The notes under the pieces: model-generated
The model's input: only the letters and a program-made list of their open reading frames with translations
What the model was told of the DNA's origin: nothing
Databases searched by the model: none
Part shown: one piece after another, positions 44,427-54,251 of the stretch
Position numbering within the stretch: position 1 is the stretch's first letter
Layout: the number at the start of each line of letters is the position of its first letter
Source of the DNA: Candidatus Omnitrophota bacterium
Lineage (GTDB): Bacteria; Omnitrophota; Gorgyraeia; Zapsychrales; JANLHA01
Assembly: GCA_020632555.1 (NCBI GenBank)
Contig: JACKFI010000002.1
Location: forward strand, 2,621-66,620
DNA: 64,000 nt
Direction: 5' to 3'
Position numbers and translations under genes: made by a program

Positions 44427-46823
44427 ATGCTACTATGTACAACATTAATTTCTGTATTATTAAAAGATATGTCCACCTCAAATACTATTCCTGCTAGTAA
44501 TTCTTCTCATAAAACACATCACTCCCTTATGCACAATTGGTCATTAAAATTTCTACTGTGCAGTATTTTCTTTTTTTCTGGATTGTCTGCTTTAATATTT
44601 CAAATCAGCTGGCAAAGACTCCTAACCGTTTATTATGGCGTTGGCATGGTTTCCATCACACTTATTGTTAGTGTTTACATGTTAGGCTTAGGTTGCGGAG
44701 CACTGATCGGCGGATGGCTGGCAGAAAAATCCCTCAATCACATCCGTCTTTATTTTTGGGTTGAACTTATGGTCGCTATTATCGGAGCCTTAAGTTTTCC
44801 TTGTATTATGGCAATCGGCCAACTGACAGCGACAAGCCCCTATTTATACAGCCTGATATTTAAAGTCCCTTTACTTTTAATTCCTACCATATTCATGGGC
44901 ATGTCTCTGCCAATACTTGTCAAAATTTTTACACAAATTCTTCCTGACTTTACCCGAGCTTTAAGCATCTTGTACTTCGTTAACACCTTAGGCGCGTCAA
45001 TCGGAGCATTAGTAGGCAGCTATATTCTGATTTCCTTTCTTGGAATTCATTGGGCTATTTACATCGCAGCCGCAATCAACTTCTTTTTAGCGATTACCAT
45101 TCTTATAACCAGCAAAATCTATAAAGCAAAACTTCACAAATTATCAAGAATCTCACACTTCAAATTGCGCGTTATCTCCCCAATCACTTATTACGCCCAT
45201 TGGATCGTGTTTATTACTGGATTCTTAGCAATCGGCTACGAGATTATCTGGTTCCGTGTCATTGGAGTTTTAATTAAAGCGTCCCCTTATTCTTTTTCAA
45301 GTGTCCTCGCTGTTTATTTATTAGGCATTGCCATCGGTAGTTTTGTAATAGGCCGCCGGACCAGCAAATTAACAATTCGCAATAAAGTTAAAACATTTTA
45401 TTTCTTACAAGCAGCACTCGGATTGAGCGTAGCAATCCTCTTTATTGGTTATTACTACTTAACCAAATACAGCCCTCTAGGAGAACTAACAGCAATCTCT
45501 TTTCTTCAGCCGGTCCATCCTCCCGCCCATTTCTTATTTTTTGATCATCACATTAATTCTATCGCAAGATTTCTAAGATTTATTTTTTTATCAGGAACTG
45601 TTCTCATCTGGCCTCTATTTTTTGTTCTTATTCCAACACTTTTCATCGGCGCTTCTTTCCCACTAATCACCAGCCTTGCTGTCAATAACAAATCCAGCAT
45701 CGCGCAGACAACCGGACGTATTTATTTCTTTAATATCTTGGGCAATGTCCTGGGGGGACTTGTAACCGGTTTTTTCCTGCTCCCTTTTCTTGGCTCTGAA
45801 CCAACTCTCTTACTTTTTATTCTCATCGGCTTACTCTTCGCACTTCCCCTGTTGGAAAAGAAAAGCATACTAACAGGCTACGTACCTCTTTTGTTAACCG
45901 TGGCCTTGATTTTTGGAACCTTCCCTCGAAAATCCGAACTTTACAGTGTCATGCATACACGCCCAGAAGGATACACTCAATACTTTGAAGAAGGTCTTGA
46001 TGGCATTGTCATGACTTATATCAATAACGACAATACCGTCCTTAACTACATCAACGGAGATAGCCACGGTGGCAGGCCTGGGTATTCATTTTACGTGCAA
46101 GTCATTGAGGCCATAAATTGCGCAAGAAAAGCTGAAAACATCTTAGTCATAGGATACGGGACAGGGTCAATCACAGAAGGTGCGTTAAAGATTCCCGGAG
46201 TTAAAAAAGTGACGATTGTAGAACTTAACAGCACACTATTGAAGAATCTAGAGAAAATCCCTTTATTCCGTAAACTTTTAAGCGATCAACACCTCAATAT
46301 AGTGTTAGAAGATGGCCGACGATTTCTCAACAATCAACAAGCCAAATATGATTTAATCTTTCTTAGTCCTTTAAGGACAACAACAGCTTATAGCAACAAT
46401 TTATATTCCAAACAATTTTATGAACTTCTCCTGTCAAGTCTTTCACCTACCGGCATAGTCTCCACATGGACTAATGAGGACACTGTCATATTTAAAACTT
46501 TAGCATCAGTGTTTCAACATATTCGACTCTATACAACAAATGATACCGCGTTCTTTCTCGCATCTCCCCTGCCGCTTGAAGAACAAGATAAAAACAGACT
46601 CATCCCACTTGCTAGTTCTTTCAACAATGAAGATTGGAACAATATTCACTCAACCGGTCAAAAATATAAAATAATCTCTGGTGAGTCTCTCCTAAAATAT
46701 ACTCAATCTGCACCCATCAACCAAGATTGGCATCCAGTAACAGAATACTTTATAGGCCTGCGATTTTCTCAAAAAGAAATTTATAAGAAAAACTATGCCC
46801 AATCAACACAATCAAATCAATAA
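44427..46823 (+). CDS. Fused polytopic membrane / spermidine-synthase-like (SpeE-fold) protein
   Basis: 798 aa. About 500 aa of TM helices, then a methyltransferase-fold domain with ILVIGYGTGSITEGAL...VTIVELN and YDLIFLSP. Confidence 0.6.
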   Translation: MLLCTTLISVLLKDMSTSNTIPASNSSHKTHHSLMHNWSLKFLLCSIFFFSGLSALIFQISWQRLLTVYYGVGMVSITLIVSVYMLGLGCGALIGGWLAEKSLNHIRLYFWVELMVAIIGALSFPCIMAIGQLTATSPYLYSLIFKVPLLLIPTIFMGMSLPILVKIFTQILPDFTRALSILYFVNTLGASIGALVGSYILISFLGIHWAIYIAAAINFFLAITILITSKIYKAKLHKLSRISHFKLRVISPITYYAHWIVFITGFLAIGYEIIWFRVIGVLIKASPYSFSSVLAVYLLGIAIGSFVIGRRTSKLTIRNKVKTFYFLQAALGLSVAILFIGYYYLTKYSPLGELTAISFLQPVHPPAHFLFFDHHINSIARFLRFIFLSGTVLIWPLFFVLIPTLFIGASFPLITSLAVNNKSSIAQTTGRIYFFNILGNVLGGLVTGFFLLPFLGSEPTLLLFILIGLLFALPLLEKKSILTGYVPLLLTVALIFGTFPRKSELYSVMHTRPEGYTQYFEEGLDGIVMTYINNDNTVLNYINGDSHGGRPGYSFYVQVIEAINCARKAENILVIGYGTGSITEGALKIPGVKKVTIVELNSTLLKNLEKIPLFRKLLSDQHLNIVLEDGRRFLNNQQAKYDLIFLSPLRTTTAYSNNLYSKQFYELLLSSLSPTGIVSTWTNEDTVIFKTLASVFQHIRLYTTNDTAFFLASPLPLEEQDKNRLIPLASSFNNEDWNNIHSTGQKYKIISGESLLKYTQSAPINQDWHPVTEYFIGLRFSQKEIYKKNYAQSTQSNQ

Positions 46824-46881
46824 AACTCATACACATAAAGTCATCCCCAACTTTCACGCACCTTAATTCATCCCCCTAGAA

Positions 46882-48306
46882 TGTAACCCCAAAATGATAA
46901 TGTCCTAATTGACCAAAATAAAAATGTCCTAATCTGATAACCTACCATAACGCAATAAAGGAGGCGTTATGGTTCACAGAGAGGACATGATGATGGTAAG
47001 GTCAAAGGAGATAAAGCGTTATCAAATTATTGGGAAGGTCTTTGACAAAAGTATTAACCAGCAGGAAGCGTCCGAGATCTTAGAATTAAGTGATCGACAG
47101 ATCAGGCGGATTGTCCGACGGGTACGCAAGGAAGGAGAACGCGGAGTCATTCACCGATCGCGAGGATGCAAAGGACGGCGTAGTGTTGCCAAAGCGGTAC
47201 GTGAAAGGATTTTGGGTTTGTACCGTGAGCGATACAAGGGATTTGGTCCACTTTTAGCCAGCGAGAAACTTTGGGAATTAGATCATATTAAGATTAGTGA
47301 TGAGACATTGCGGCTGTGGCTGATAGCAGAAGGATTATGGCATGAGGGCAAGCGTCGAAAAGTTAAAGAGCGCAGTTGGCGAGCCCGTAAGGAACGGTTT
47401 GGGCAAATGGTGCAGATGGACGGGAGTCATCATCTTTGGCTGGAAGACCGAGGACCGAAGTTGGTCTTGATGGGATTTATCGACGACGCAACGAGTAATT
47501 TTGATGGGTTGTTCTTTGAGTATGAGGGGACCAAACCGGCGATGGGCGGGTTAAAGTCTTACGCCCAGAAGTATGGATTGCCGGTGCAATTGTATCTTGA
47601 TAAGCATGCGACGTATAAAAGCAATGCTAAGAAAAGATATCGCTATGCGAATTGGGATTTTGAGGACAAAGAAGAGCTGACGCAGTTTGAGCGAGCATGC
47701 AAGCAACTTGGGATCGAAGTTATTCATGCGCATAGTCCGCAGGCCAAGGGACGCATCGAGCGTGTTTTTAAGACATTGCAAGACCGGTTGGTTAAAGAGA
47801 TGCGGTTGGCCGGGATTAAGAGTTGTGAAGAAGCCAACGCATTCTTAAAAACGTATTTGCCGAAGTTTAATAAGCGCTTTAGGGTAGTAGCGCGGTTGTT
47901 GGGTGATATGCATCGGCCGATTGATAAGAGCGTTAAACTCGACGAGATATTGTCCGTACAGACAGGGCATGTGTTACGCAATGACCGAACCGTGTTGCAT
48001 GAACGCCGGTTGTATCAGGTGACAGATAAAACGCGGGCTCGGCAGGTGGTAGTTTTTGAGTATTTAAATGGCCGGCTGGCGATCAAGTATGGGAAGCAGC
48101 CATTAGCGTTTAAACCGATAGACCAACGGCCGCAGCCAGAGGTTAAGGTTGCCGTTGTCAAAAAGGTCAAAAGATTGCCGCGATATGTGCCGCCTAGGGG
48201 GTCATATTGGCGCAACGGGTTTAAGCTCAAAGGGAGCTTACGAAACTTCTAAAATTAGGACATTTTTAATTTGGTTAAACTAGGACATTTTTAATTTGGC
48301 TGGACA
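46882..48306 (+). mobile_element. ISNCY-like insertion sequence, copy 1 (1425 bp), with a 15-bp target duplication
   Basis: Ends TGTAACCCCAAAATGATAATGTCCTAATTGACC and, reverse-complemented from the right end, TGTCCAGCCAAATTAAAAATGTCCTAGTTTAACC. Flanked by TTCATCCCCCTAGAA at 46867..46881 and 48307..48321. Identical to 61135..62559 in inverted orientation. Confidence 0.9.
46969..48252 (+). CDS. DDE (rve-type) transposase, ISNCY/IS1202-group-like
   Basis: 427 aa. N-terminal HTH (INQQEASEILELSDRQIRRIVRRVRKEG), then the catalytic region MVQMDGSHHLWLE...GFIDDATS...YLDKHATY...SPQAKGRIER. The family name is from memory of similar annotated proteins. Confidence 0.7.
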   Translation: MVHREDMMMVRSKEIKRYQIIGKVFDKSINQQEASEILELSDRQIRRIVRRVRKEGERGVIHRSRGCKGRRSVAKAVRERILGLYRERYKGFGPLLASEKLWELDHIKISDETLRLWLIAEGLWHEGKRRKVKERSWRARKERFGQMVQMDGSHHLWLEDRGPKLVLMGFIDDATSNFDGLFFEYEGTKPAMGGLKSYAQKYGLPVQLYLDKHATYKSNAKKRYRYANWDFEDKEELTQFERACKQLGIEVIHAHSPQAKGRIERVFKTLQDRLVKEMRLAGIKSCEEANAFLKTYLPKFNKRFRVVARLLGDMHRPIDKSVKLDEILSVQTGHVLRNDRTVLHERRLYQVTDKTRARQVVVFEYLNGRLAIKYGKQPLAFKPIDQRPQPEVKVAVVKKVKRLPRYVPPRGSYWRNGFKLKGSLRNF

Positions 48307-48322
48307 TTCATCCCCCTAGAAC

Positions 48323-48351
48323 TTGAACCCTTATCTACATTCCTCTATAAT
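48323..48351 (+). promoter_or_regulatory. Sigma70-like promoter of the AsmA-like gene
   Basis: TTGAAC (48323..48328), a 17-nt spacer, then TATAAT (48346..48351). An ATG at 48359 lies 7 nt after the -10, which would give a leaderless mRNA. Confidence 0.45.
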
Positions 48352-48358
48352 GCCCGCC

Positions 48359-51300
48359 ATGCGTCGCTTTAAGAAAATAATCTTTATTCTTTTTCTTACT
48401 CTTATCGTGCTAATAGCAGGACTGTTCTACCTGAATAACATTTTCCTTCCCTTTCAAGCCAAAGATATGCTTACCGCGAAAGCAAAAAGCTTGCTGCAAC
48501 GCGACGTGTCGATAGAAAGAGTGGAATTTCAACTGAACAAAGGATTTGTTCTTCATAACATCCGCGTCGCTGAAAAAGACAATCGTCCTTTATCTTTTAT
48601 CAGTATTGAAGAAATTCAAATTGGCATCCCTTTGCCAAGTTTTTTTCAAACCGGACACATCTTTATTCCCTCAGCAAAAATGACCAAACCCATTGCGCAT
48701 CTAATCCGCGCCTCAAACAATCAATGGAACTTTACAGATCTTTTGATTGCCAAAGCAAGGACCTCACAACCAACCAACAAAATCAAAGCTAAAGAATCTT
48801 TCCTATCTCTTGGGGCCATCACTATTGAAAAAGGTCAATTGGTCGTTTCTGACCCAAGCAATACAAAAGTTGTCGACAATTTCGATGCAACCATCACTCT
48901 TGCTTTGCCAAACAATATCTCTTTTGCAACCAAATTCACAATTCCATCTGATCATTCCACGTTCACTAGCAAAGGCCAATTTAACCTCACAACTCAAGAG
49001 TTAACAGCGGCCATCCAAACACAAAATCTCAATCCGCCTTCCTTAATCCATTTAACCGGCGTACCGCTGTATGTTGTCTTTAATCAATGGCTTATTTCCA
49101 ATGCCGATCTTCTCTTAAGATTTAAAAAAGGAGCTCTAACTTTATCAGGCTCTATCGCTGGCCCCATTGACATCACAACGAAAACAGACATCCCCGTCAG
49201 TGCCAAAGGGTTAGTGATCTCAAAAGAATTTACATTTCATAAAGAAAATAGTGATTTTAATTTAAAAGGAGATTTTTCAGCTGCCGACACCGCCATCACC
49301 GTTGGTGCCAACAAAACATTTTCGGGTAATTTCTCTGGAGAAAATATAAATCTCCAAAAAACCAACACTCAATTCACCTTAACCGGTGATCTATTCAATC
49401 AGAATGCGAAGATGTCTTTTGCTCAACATACTTTAAACGGCGACCTCAAATTGAAAAATATTGTTTTTCATAAAGATGGTTCCCATTTCGATTTGTCTAC
49501 ACAAAGCCAAATTACCAAAGCAAGTTTTAAAAACTCTGCTTGGGATATTGCCGCTGACTTTAGCTCTGCCCAATGGAGTTTACAAAACAATGAAAAAGAC
49601 CTGACTTTAACCATACCAAATTTCTCGACTCAAAACTTATCCGGTGACTTTTTGAAGAACAAAATTTCTGGCCATGCAATCGGACAAAATATTCAAATTC
49701 GCACTGATATTGCCAACTTTAACGCGCAAGGATACTTCACGACCCAAAACCTTAAAATCACAACACCTAATCAAATCACGTTCATAGGTCATCCACAAAT
49801 TGATTTAACCTTAACTCAAAATGCTGCTGTCGACCAAGGAAAACTCAACCCCAAAGGAACCATTTTGTTTAACAATGACCAACTGCAAAATATTCCCACA
49901 ATCAAAACAATCCATAACCTCCAAGGAAAAATTTCTTTTACGACAGACACTGTTGCCAGCAAAGAATTAACCTTAAAATTAGATCAAACAATCCTGTCCC
50001 TTTCCGGAACAATCGATCTTTCCAAAACCCCTGTTCTTAAAATCACCGCTAAATCTAACAATGTTATTATTGATGATGTAAAAAAATTCTTTATTCAGAA
50101 GCTCTCGAATCTGCAAACCGACATCTGGGGCACAGCGCAAAACGTCAGTGTTACTTACGATGGTCTTTTATCTAGTCCCCAATCCGCGATAATCACCGCA
50201 GCCGCGACCATAAAAAATGCGAAATTAAACACTGCCAAGCTTCCCGCGCCGATCATTCAAATTAACGGACAGGTCAAATATGTCCCTGATCATTTCAGCT
50301 GGACAGATTTAGGTTTTTCATATCAAGAACAAAACTATGCCACTGATGGTTTCGTCAAGAATTTTACAACACCGCATATCGAATCAACACTGAGAGGTGA
50401 AAACTTTAACATAGCGCTTGCTGGCTCACCTGTTGACAATGCTTTTTCTCTTACTCTATTAAAAGGCCAATATCATCAAACCACCTTCGATCTCCAAGGA
50501 ACCCTCAATCTGTTTAACGCGCCACCCAATGCCCAGTTCAATGGAACTGTCGCCCTAAATTTGACAGATCTTTCTTCTTTACCGATAATACCCCCAGCCT
50601 TAAAACAGGCGTCTTTGGACGGAATCATAAACTTTGATGGTCAATACTTTCTACCGGATTTAGCTTGGCAAAAACTGTCACTCAATGCCAAAGCAACAGC
50701 CAAAGAACTCAACCTCTACGGGCATTCTTTCCAAAACGTATTTGCCAACCTAACAACACACGCTAACAAAAGCCAGAATATTAAACTTGATGCCACGCTT
50801 TATCATGGACAACTGTCGCTGGATGCCACACTAACACCAACAGCAAAAGACCTGTTTGCCGACATTTCTGCCAATCTTTCAGAATTAAATCTCGCCGAAC
50901 TTAAGCACAACTTCCCAAAACTGGAAAATAAAGATTTATCCGGACTTTTATATGCCAACACAAAGTTCTCTGGACCACTTGCAAATTCCTCAGCTTTAAA
51001 AGGCACTGGAGCGATTCTGATAACCGACGGAAAATTGTTAGAATTAGAAATGCTCAAAGGCATTTGGAAAGTTTTATTCAACAATCTTCTGGTCAGCGAT
51101 TACAGAAATATCAAATTCACCCAAGCCAAAGCAACTTTTAAAATAGCTGACGGAAAAGTAACAACCGAAGACCTTATTTTAAAAAGCATCCCCGCGGATA
51201 TCTCAGCGCGAGGATGGGTGGGTTTTGACAACACCTTAAATTTTGACATCGTCGCCGATGTCCGTGAAACACCACTGATCACTTCCTCTGCTATTCAAGC

Positions 51301-51478
51301 AGTCCCAACCACCATCATTTCTCAAGTCGCAAAAAATGTCATTGGCATCAAATTGACCGGTTCACTGACTAACCCAAAAATAAAATACAAAATACTACCC
51401 TTAAAAGCCCTCAAAAAAACCGGCGATTCCATTTTTCAAGGAATTGCCGGCATGTTCGAAGATTTGCTGGATCAATAA
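48359..51478 (+). CDS. AsmA/TamB-like large envelope protein
   Basis: N-terminal anchor MRRFKKIIFILFLTLIVLIAGLF, about 900 aa of repetitive beta-rich T/N/Q-rich sequence, and an AsmA-like C-terminus (DISARGWVGFDNTLNFDI...LTGSLTNPKIKY). Alternative starts at 48350 (ATG) and 48323 (TTG). Confidence 0.6.
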   Translation: MRRFKKIIFILFLTLIVLIAGLFYLNNIFLPFQAKDMLTAKAKSLLQRDVSIERVEFQLNKGFVLHNIRVAEKDNRPLSFISIEEIQIGIPLPSFFQTGHIFIPSAKMTKPIAHLIRASNNQWNFTDLLIAKARTSQPTNKIKAKESFLSLGAITIEKGQLVVSDPSNTKVVDNFDATITLALPNNISFATKFTIPSDHSTFTSKGQFNLTTQELTAAIQTQNLNPPSLIHLTGVPLYVVFNQWLISNADLLLRFKKGALTLSGSIAGPIDITTKTDIPVSAKGLVISKEFTFHKENSDFNLKGDFSAADTAITVGANKTFSGNFSGENINLQKTNTQFTLTGDLFNQNAKMSFAQHTLNGDLKLKNIVFHKDGSHFDLSTQSQITKASFKNSAWDIAADFSSAQWSLQNNEKDLTLTIPNFSTQNLSGDFLKNKISGHAIGQNIQIRTDIANFNAQGYFTTQNLKITTPNQITFIGHPQIDLTLTQNAAVDQGKLNPKGTILFNNDQLQNIPTIKTIHNLQGKISFTTDTVASKELTLKLDQTILSLSGTIDLSKTPVLKITAKSNNVIIDDVKKFFIQKLSNLQTDIWGTAQNVSVTYDGLLSSPQSAIITAAATIKNAKLNTAKLPAPIIQINGQVKYVPDHFSWTDLGFSYQEQNYATDGFVKNFTTPHIESTLRGENFNIALAGSPVDNAFSLTLLKGQYHQTTFDLQGTLNLFNAPPNAQFNGTVALNLTDLSSLPIIPPALKQASLDGIINFDGQYFLPDLAWQKLSLNAKATAKELNLYGHSFQNVFANLTTHANKSQNIKLDATLYHGQLSLDATLTPTAKDLFADISANLSELNLAELKHNFPKLENKDLSGLLYANTKFSGPLANSSALKGTGAILITDGKLLELEMLKGIWKVLFNNLLVSDYRNIKFTQAKATFKIADGKVTTEDLILKSIPADISARGWVGFDNTLNFDIVADVRETPLITSSAIQAVPTTIISQVAKNVIGIKLTGSLTNPKIKYKILPLKALKKTGDSIFQGIAGMFEDLLDQ

Positions 51479-51675
51479 TTCTTTATCCCAAATTTGGCAT
51501 TACAACACAGTGCGCGACGATACGTTGCGCACAAAAAAGTGAAATGCAAAATTTGCCTTTGGCTGCGGTTTTCCGCAAGGATTAACCCCGCACGTCTCGT
51601 TTTTGTCGAGACATGCGGCCCTTTGGGCGAATTTTGCTGGGCCTCGCAGAGGCGAGGCTAATGCAAAATCCGGGT

Positions 51676-52272
51676 TTAAATTAAATATTGCTGTAACAAA
51701 ACTTTGAGCTTTCGCAAAGCACGCGCCCGATGACTAATCCTAGATTTAATGGCAGGGTCAAGCTCACCAAAAGTTTTCTGATAACGAGGAATAAAGAATA
51801 ATGGGTCATACCCAAAACCATTGCTGCCGCGACGTTTCTTCTCAATCAAACCGCCACAACGACCGTCAACGACACCAATAAGCTTATCTGCGTCACACAA
51901 AGCCACAAAACACCGATAACGCGCCTGCCGTCGAGATAACGGAATATCTTTCAATGACGCCAGAAGCTTATCATTGTTTTTTTCATCCGTCGCATTCTCT
52001 CCAGAAAATCGCGCCGAATAAATACCCGGAGCATTATTCAAAGCCACAACCTGCAGCCCCGAATCCTCACCCAAAGTCAATTTCCCGGAATACTTCCCAA
52101 CCACTATTGCTTTCTTAATCGCATTAGCTTTAAACGTTCGTCCATCTTCGACAATCTCAGGACAATCTGGATAATCAGCCAAGGATGTCACTTTAACTGG
52201 GATTTCTTTTAAAAGTTCCCGAATTTCTCGCAGCTTCCCTGGGTTTTTAGTCGCTACTAAAAGCTCTCTCAT
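51676..52272 (-). CDS. rdgB: Non-canonical purine NTP pyrophosphatase (RdgB/HAM1)
   Basis: [14 protein letters not shown]...EDSGL.V..L...PGIYSAR...GF.GYDP.F...SHRA. are family signatures. Confidence 0.9.
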   Translation of the reverse strand: MRELLVATKNPGKLREIRELLKEIPVKVTSLADYPDCPEIVEDGRTFKANAIKKAIVVGKYSGKLTLGEDSGLQVVALNNAPGIYSARFSGENATDEKNNDKLLASLKDIPLSRRQARYRCFVALCDADKLIGVVDGRCGGLIEKKRRGSNGFGYDPLFFIPRYQKTFGELDPAIKSRISHRARALRKLKVLLQQYLI

Positions 52273-52985
52273 ATTTTTCCAATATATTTCTTTTGCACCA
52301 CCATCAACTCCTGAATTCCTTTTTCTGCCAATTTAAACAGACCATCCATCTCTTTTTTAGAAAACGGATTCTTTTCGGCTGTGCCTTGAACTTCAACAAA
52401 TTTTCCCCGACCAACCATCACCACATTCATATCCATATCCGCCCCAGAATCTTCTTCATAAGGCAAATCCAAAACAGGCTGACCTTGGTAAATCCCAACA
52501 CTAACCGCCGCGACAGAATCAATCAGCGGGTTGACCGTCAGAACATCGTTTTTTAATAATTTCTGAATAGACAAAGCCAAGGCAATAAATCCCCCCGTCA
52601 CCGACGCTGTGCGCGTTCCGCCGTCGGCTTGCAAAACATCACAATCAATTTTAATGGTTCGTTCACCAAGCTTGCTGGTATCAATCACCGCGCGCAAAGA
52701 GCGACCAATCAAACGCTGTATCTCTAACGTACGACCCGTTGTTAATGTTTTTTCCCGATGCATCCGTGTATTGGTTGAACGCGGCAACATGCCATATTCG
52801 GCGGTGACCCAACCCTTGCCCGAATTGCGCAAAAATGGCGGAACATTCTCTTCAACCGTCGCAGTACACGCAACCTTGGTGTCACCAAATTCAATGAGGC
52901 AAGAACCTTCGGCGTGTTTGTTAAAAGGAACCGTCACCTTGATTTTACGCAATTGATTAAATTTTCTTCCGTTAGCTCTTGTCAT
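52269..52985 (-). CDS. rph: Ribonuclease PH
   Basis: 238 aa. [15 protein letters not shown]...[14 protein letters not shown]...E....[15 protein letters not shown]...[11 protein letters not shown]. Confidence 0.93.
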   Translation of the reverse strand: MTRANGRKFNQLRKIKVTVPFNKHAEGSCLIEFGDTKVACTATVEENVPPFLRNSGKGWVTAEYGMLPRSTNTRMHREKTLTTGRTLEIQRLIGRSLRAVIDTSKLGERTIKIDCDVLQADGGTRTASVTGGFIALALSIQKLLKNDVLTVNPLIDSVAAVSVGIYQGQPVLDLPYEEDSGADMDMNVVMVGRGKFVEVQGTAEKNPFSKKEMDGLFKLAEKGIQELMVVQKKYIGKI

Positions 52986-53010
52986 ATTACCTCCAATTTA
53001 TTATCAGGTG

Positions 53011-53116
53011 AAGGGGGTTAATTTTTCGGCTCAAGAAACGGTCCCCGGTAGAGTCCCGCCATACGGCGGGAGACAATCGGGGCTGCGTTCCAATTCGCCT
53101 TAAAAATTACCCCCTT
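53011..53116. other. 106-nt rod-like nested inverted-repeat element between queF and rph
   Basis: Outer arms AAGGGGGTTAATTTTT (53011..26) and AAAAATTACCCCCTT (53102..16). Middle pair CCCCG/CGGGG (53043..47 with 53078..82). Central hairpin TCCCGCC-ATAC-GGCGGGA (53054..71). Confidence 0.5.
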
Positions 53117-53125
53117 AACCTCCTA

Positions 53126-53527
53126 TTATTTTTTACTTTTATACTCCGCACAAACCGTCGTTGCTATACCACCCCGCGGATTCATACCCGCTTGCACGCG
53201 TACCCAACGCGGACCACAAGCTTTAACAATGTCATCAAGAATTTTGTTGACCAAATGTTCATGAAAAATCCCAACATTACGATAATACACAATGTACATT
53301 TTTAATGATTTTAATTCGAGACACATTTTTGCCGGACTATAATCAATTTTAATTGTCGCAAAATCCGGCAAACCCGTCTTGGGACAAATACAGGTAAACT
53401 CTGGAATTTCAATGGTGATCTGATACTCCCGATCCGCATACTGATTGTCCCAAACTTCAATAGCTGGCGTCGGCAAATTACGCACATGCGATTGCAATCC
53501 TTGATAGGAACTCTTTTTGTTTTTCAC
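53126..53527 (-). CDS. queF: NADPH-dependent 7-cyano-7-deazaguanine reductase (unimodular QueF)
   Basis: 133 aa. EFTCICPKTGLPDFATI... and ...FHEH are the QueF motifs. Confidence 0.9.
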   Translation of the reverse strand: MKNKKSSYQGLQSHVRNLPTPAIEVWDNQYADREYQITIEIPEFTCICPKTGLPDFATIKIDYSPAKMCLELKSLKMYIVYYRNVGIFHEHLVNKILDDIVKACGPRWVRVQAGMNPRGGIATTVCAEYKSKK

Positions 53528-53545
53528 TTTTTCATCCTCCCCAAA

Positions 53546-54244
53546 CTATTGTATCTTCATAAACTTATGCATTTGCGGCATCACGCGGGTGTTGGGTAAA
53601 CTTTCAAAACACAAACGCTGAAAATGATCACATTTCTCAACAACACCATGTTCCAAATCAAATGTATTGGGCTGCAAAATAAAAAGCAATTGCGAATCAA
53701 TCTGTTTTAAAAGTTTAACAGCACAAACAATATCTTTTCGTGAAGTTTGACTACTAATCACAGCTTTAACAAAAACATGTTTCTTGTGTTTCCGTGCCAA
53801 TGTTAGAAACTGTTCATGTTCTTTCCAAAAAGCTCTTTGTCCCGTCGAACTGGGCAGTTTAATATCCATCGCAACAATATCAATCCCCCCAATCACCTGC
53901 CCCAAAGCTTGATACAAAACACCGCTGGTTTCCAAATAGACGGGTATTTTCGCCTTTTTTAATAGAGGTATCAACTGAGCCATAAAATCAACCTGCATCA
54001 AAGGCTCACCGCCGGTCAAACTCACCGAATGACAATCTTTTGATAAAGCTTTGATTTTTGCAAAAACTTGTGCCACCGTCATGTCTTTATATTGTCCGGT
54101 CGTGTCTCCTATCGACTCTGGCGTATCACACCAAAAACAATGCATGTGACAACCAAAAAAACGGACAAAAACTTGCCGCAGGCCAACATAAGGGCCTTCT
54201 CCTTGAAGAGATTGAAAAATTTCAAAGATTTTAGCTGTTGACAT
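53546..54244 (-). CDS. queE: 7-carboxy-7-deazaguanine synthase (radical SAM)
   Basis: Start set at MSTAKIFEIFQSLQGEGPYVG. The cluster motif is FFGCHMHCFWCDT; LTGGEPL is also present. Confidence 0.88.
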   Translation of the reverse strand: MSTAKIFEIFQSLQGEGPYVGLRQVFVRFFGCHMHCFWCDTPESIGDTTGQYKDMTVAQVFAKIKALSKDCHSVSLTGGEPLMQVDFMAQLIPLLKKAKIPVYLETSGVLYQALGQVIGGIDIVAMDIKLPSSTGQRAFWKEHEQFLTLARKHKKHVFVKAVISSQTSRKDIVCAVKLLKQIDSQLLFILQPNTFDLEHGVVEKCDHFQRLCFESLPNTRVMPQMHKFMKIQ

Positions 54245-54251
54245 ATAGTCC

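Noticed and set aside
36447-53116. A shared 13-mer (gcgttccaattcg or its complement) between the structured elements at 36447..36566 and 53011..53116, as evidence for one repeat family.
   Set aside because: Exact 13-mer matches between two places in 64 kb, counting both strands, are expected dozens of times by chance. The motif also occupies non-equivalent positions in the two folds.
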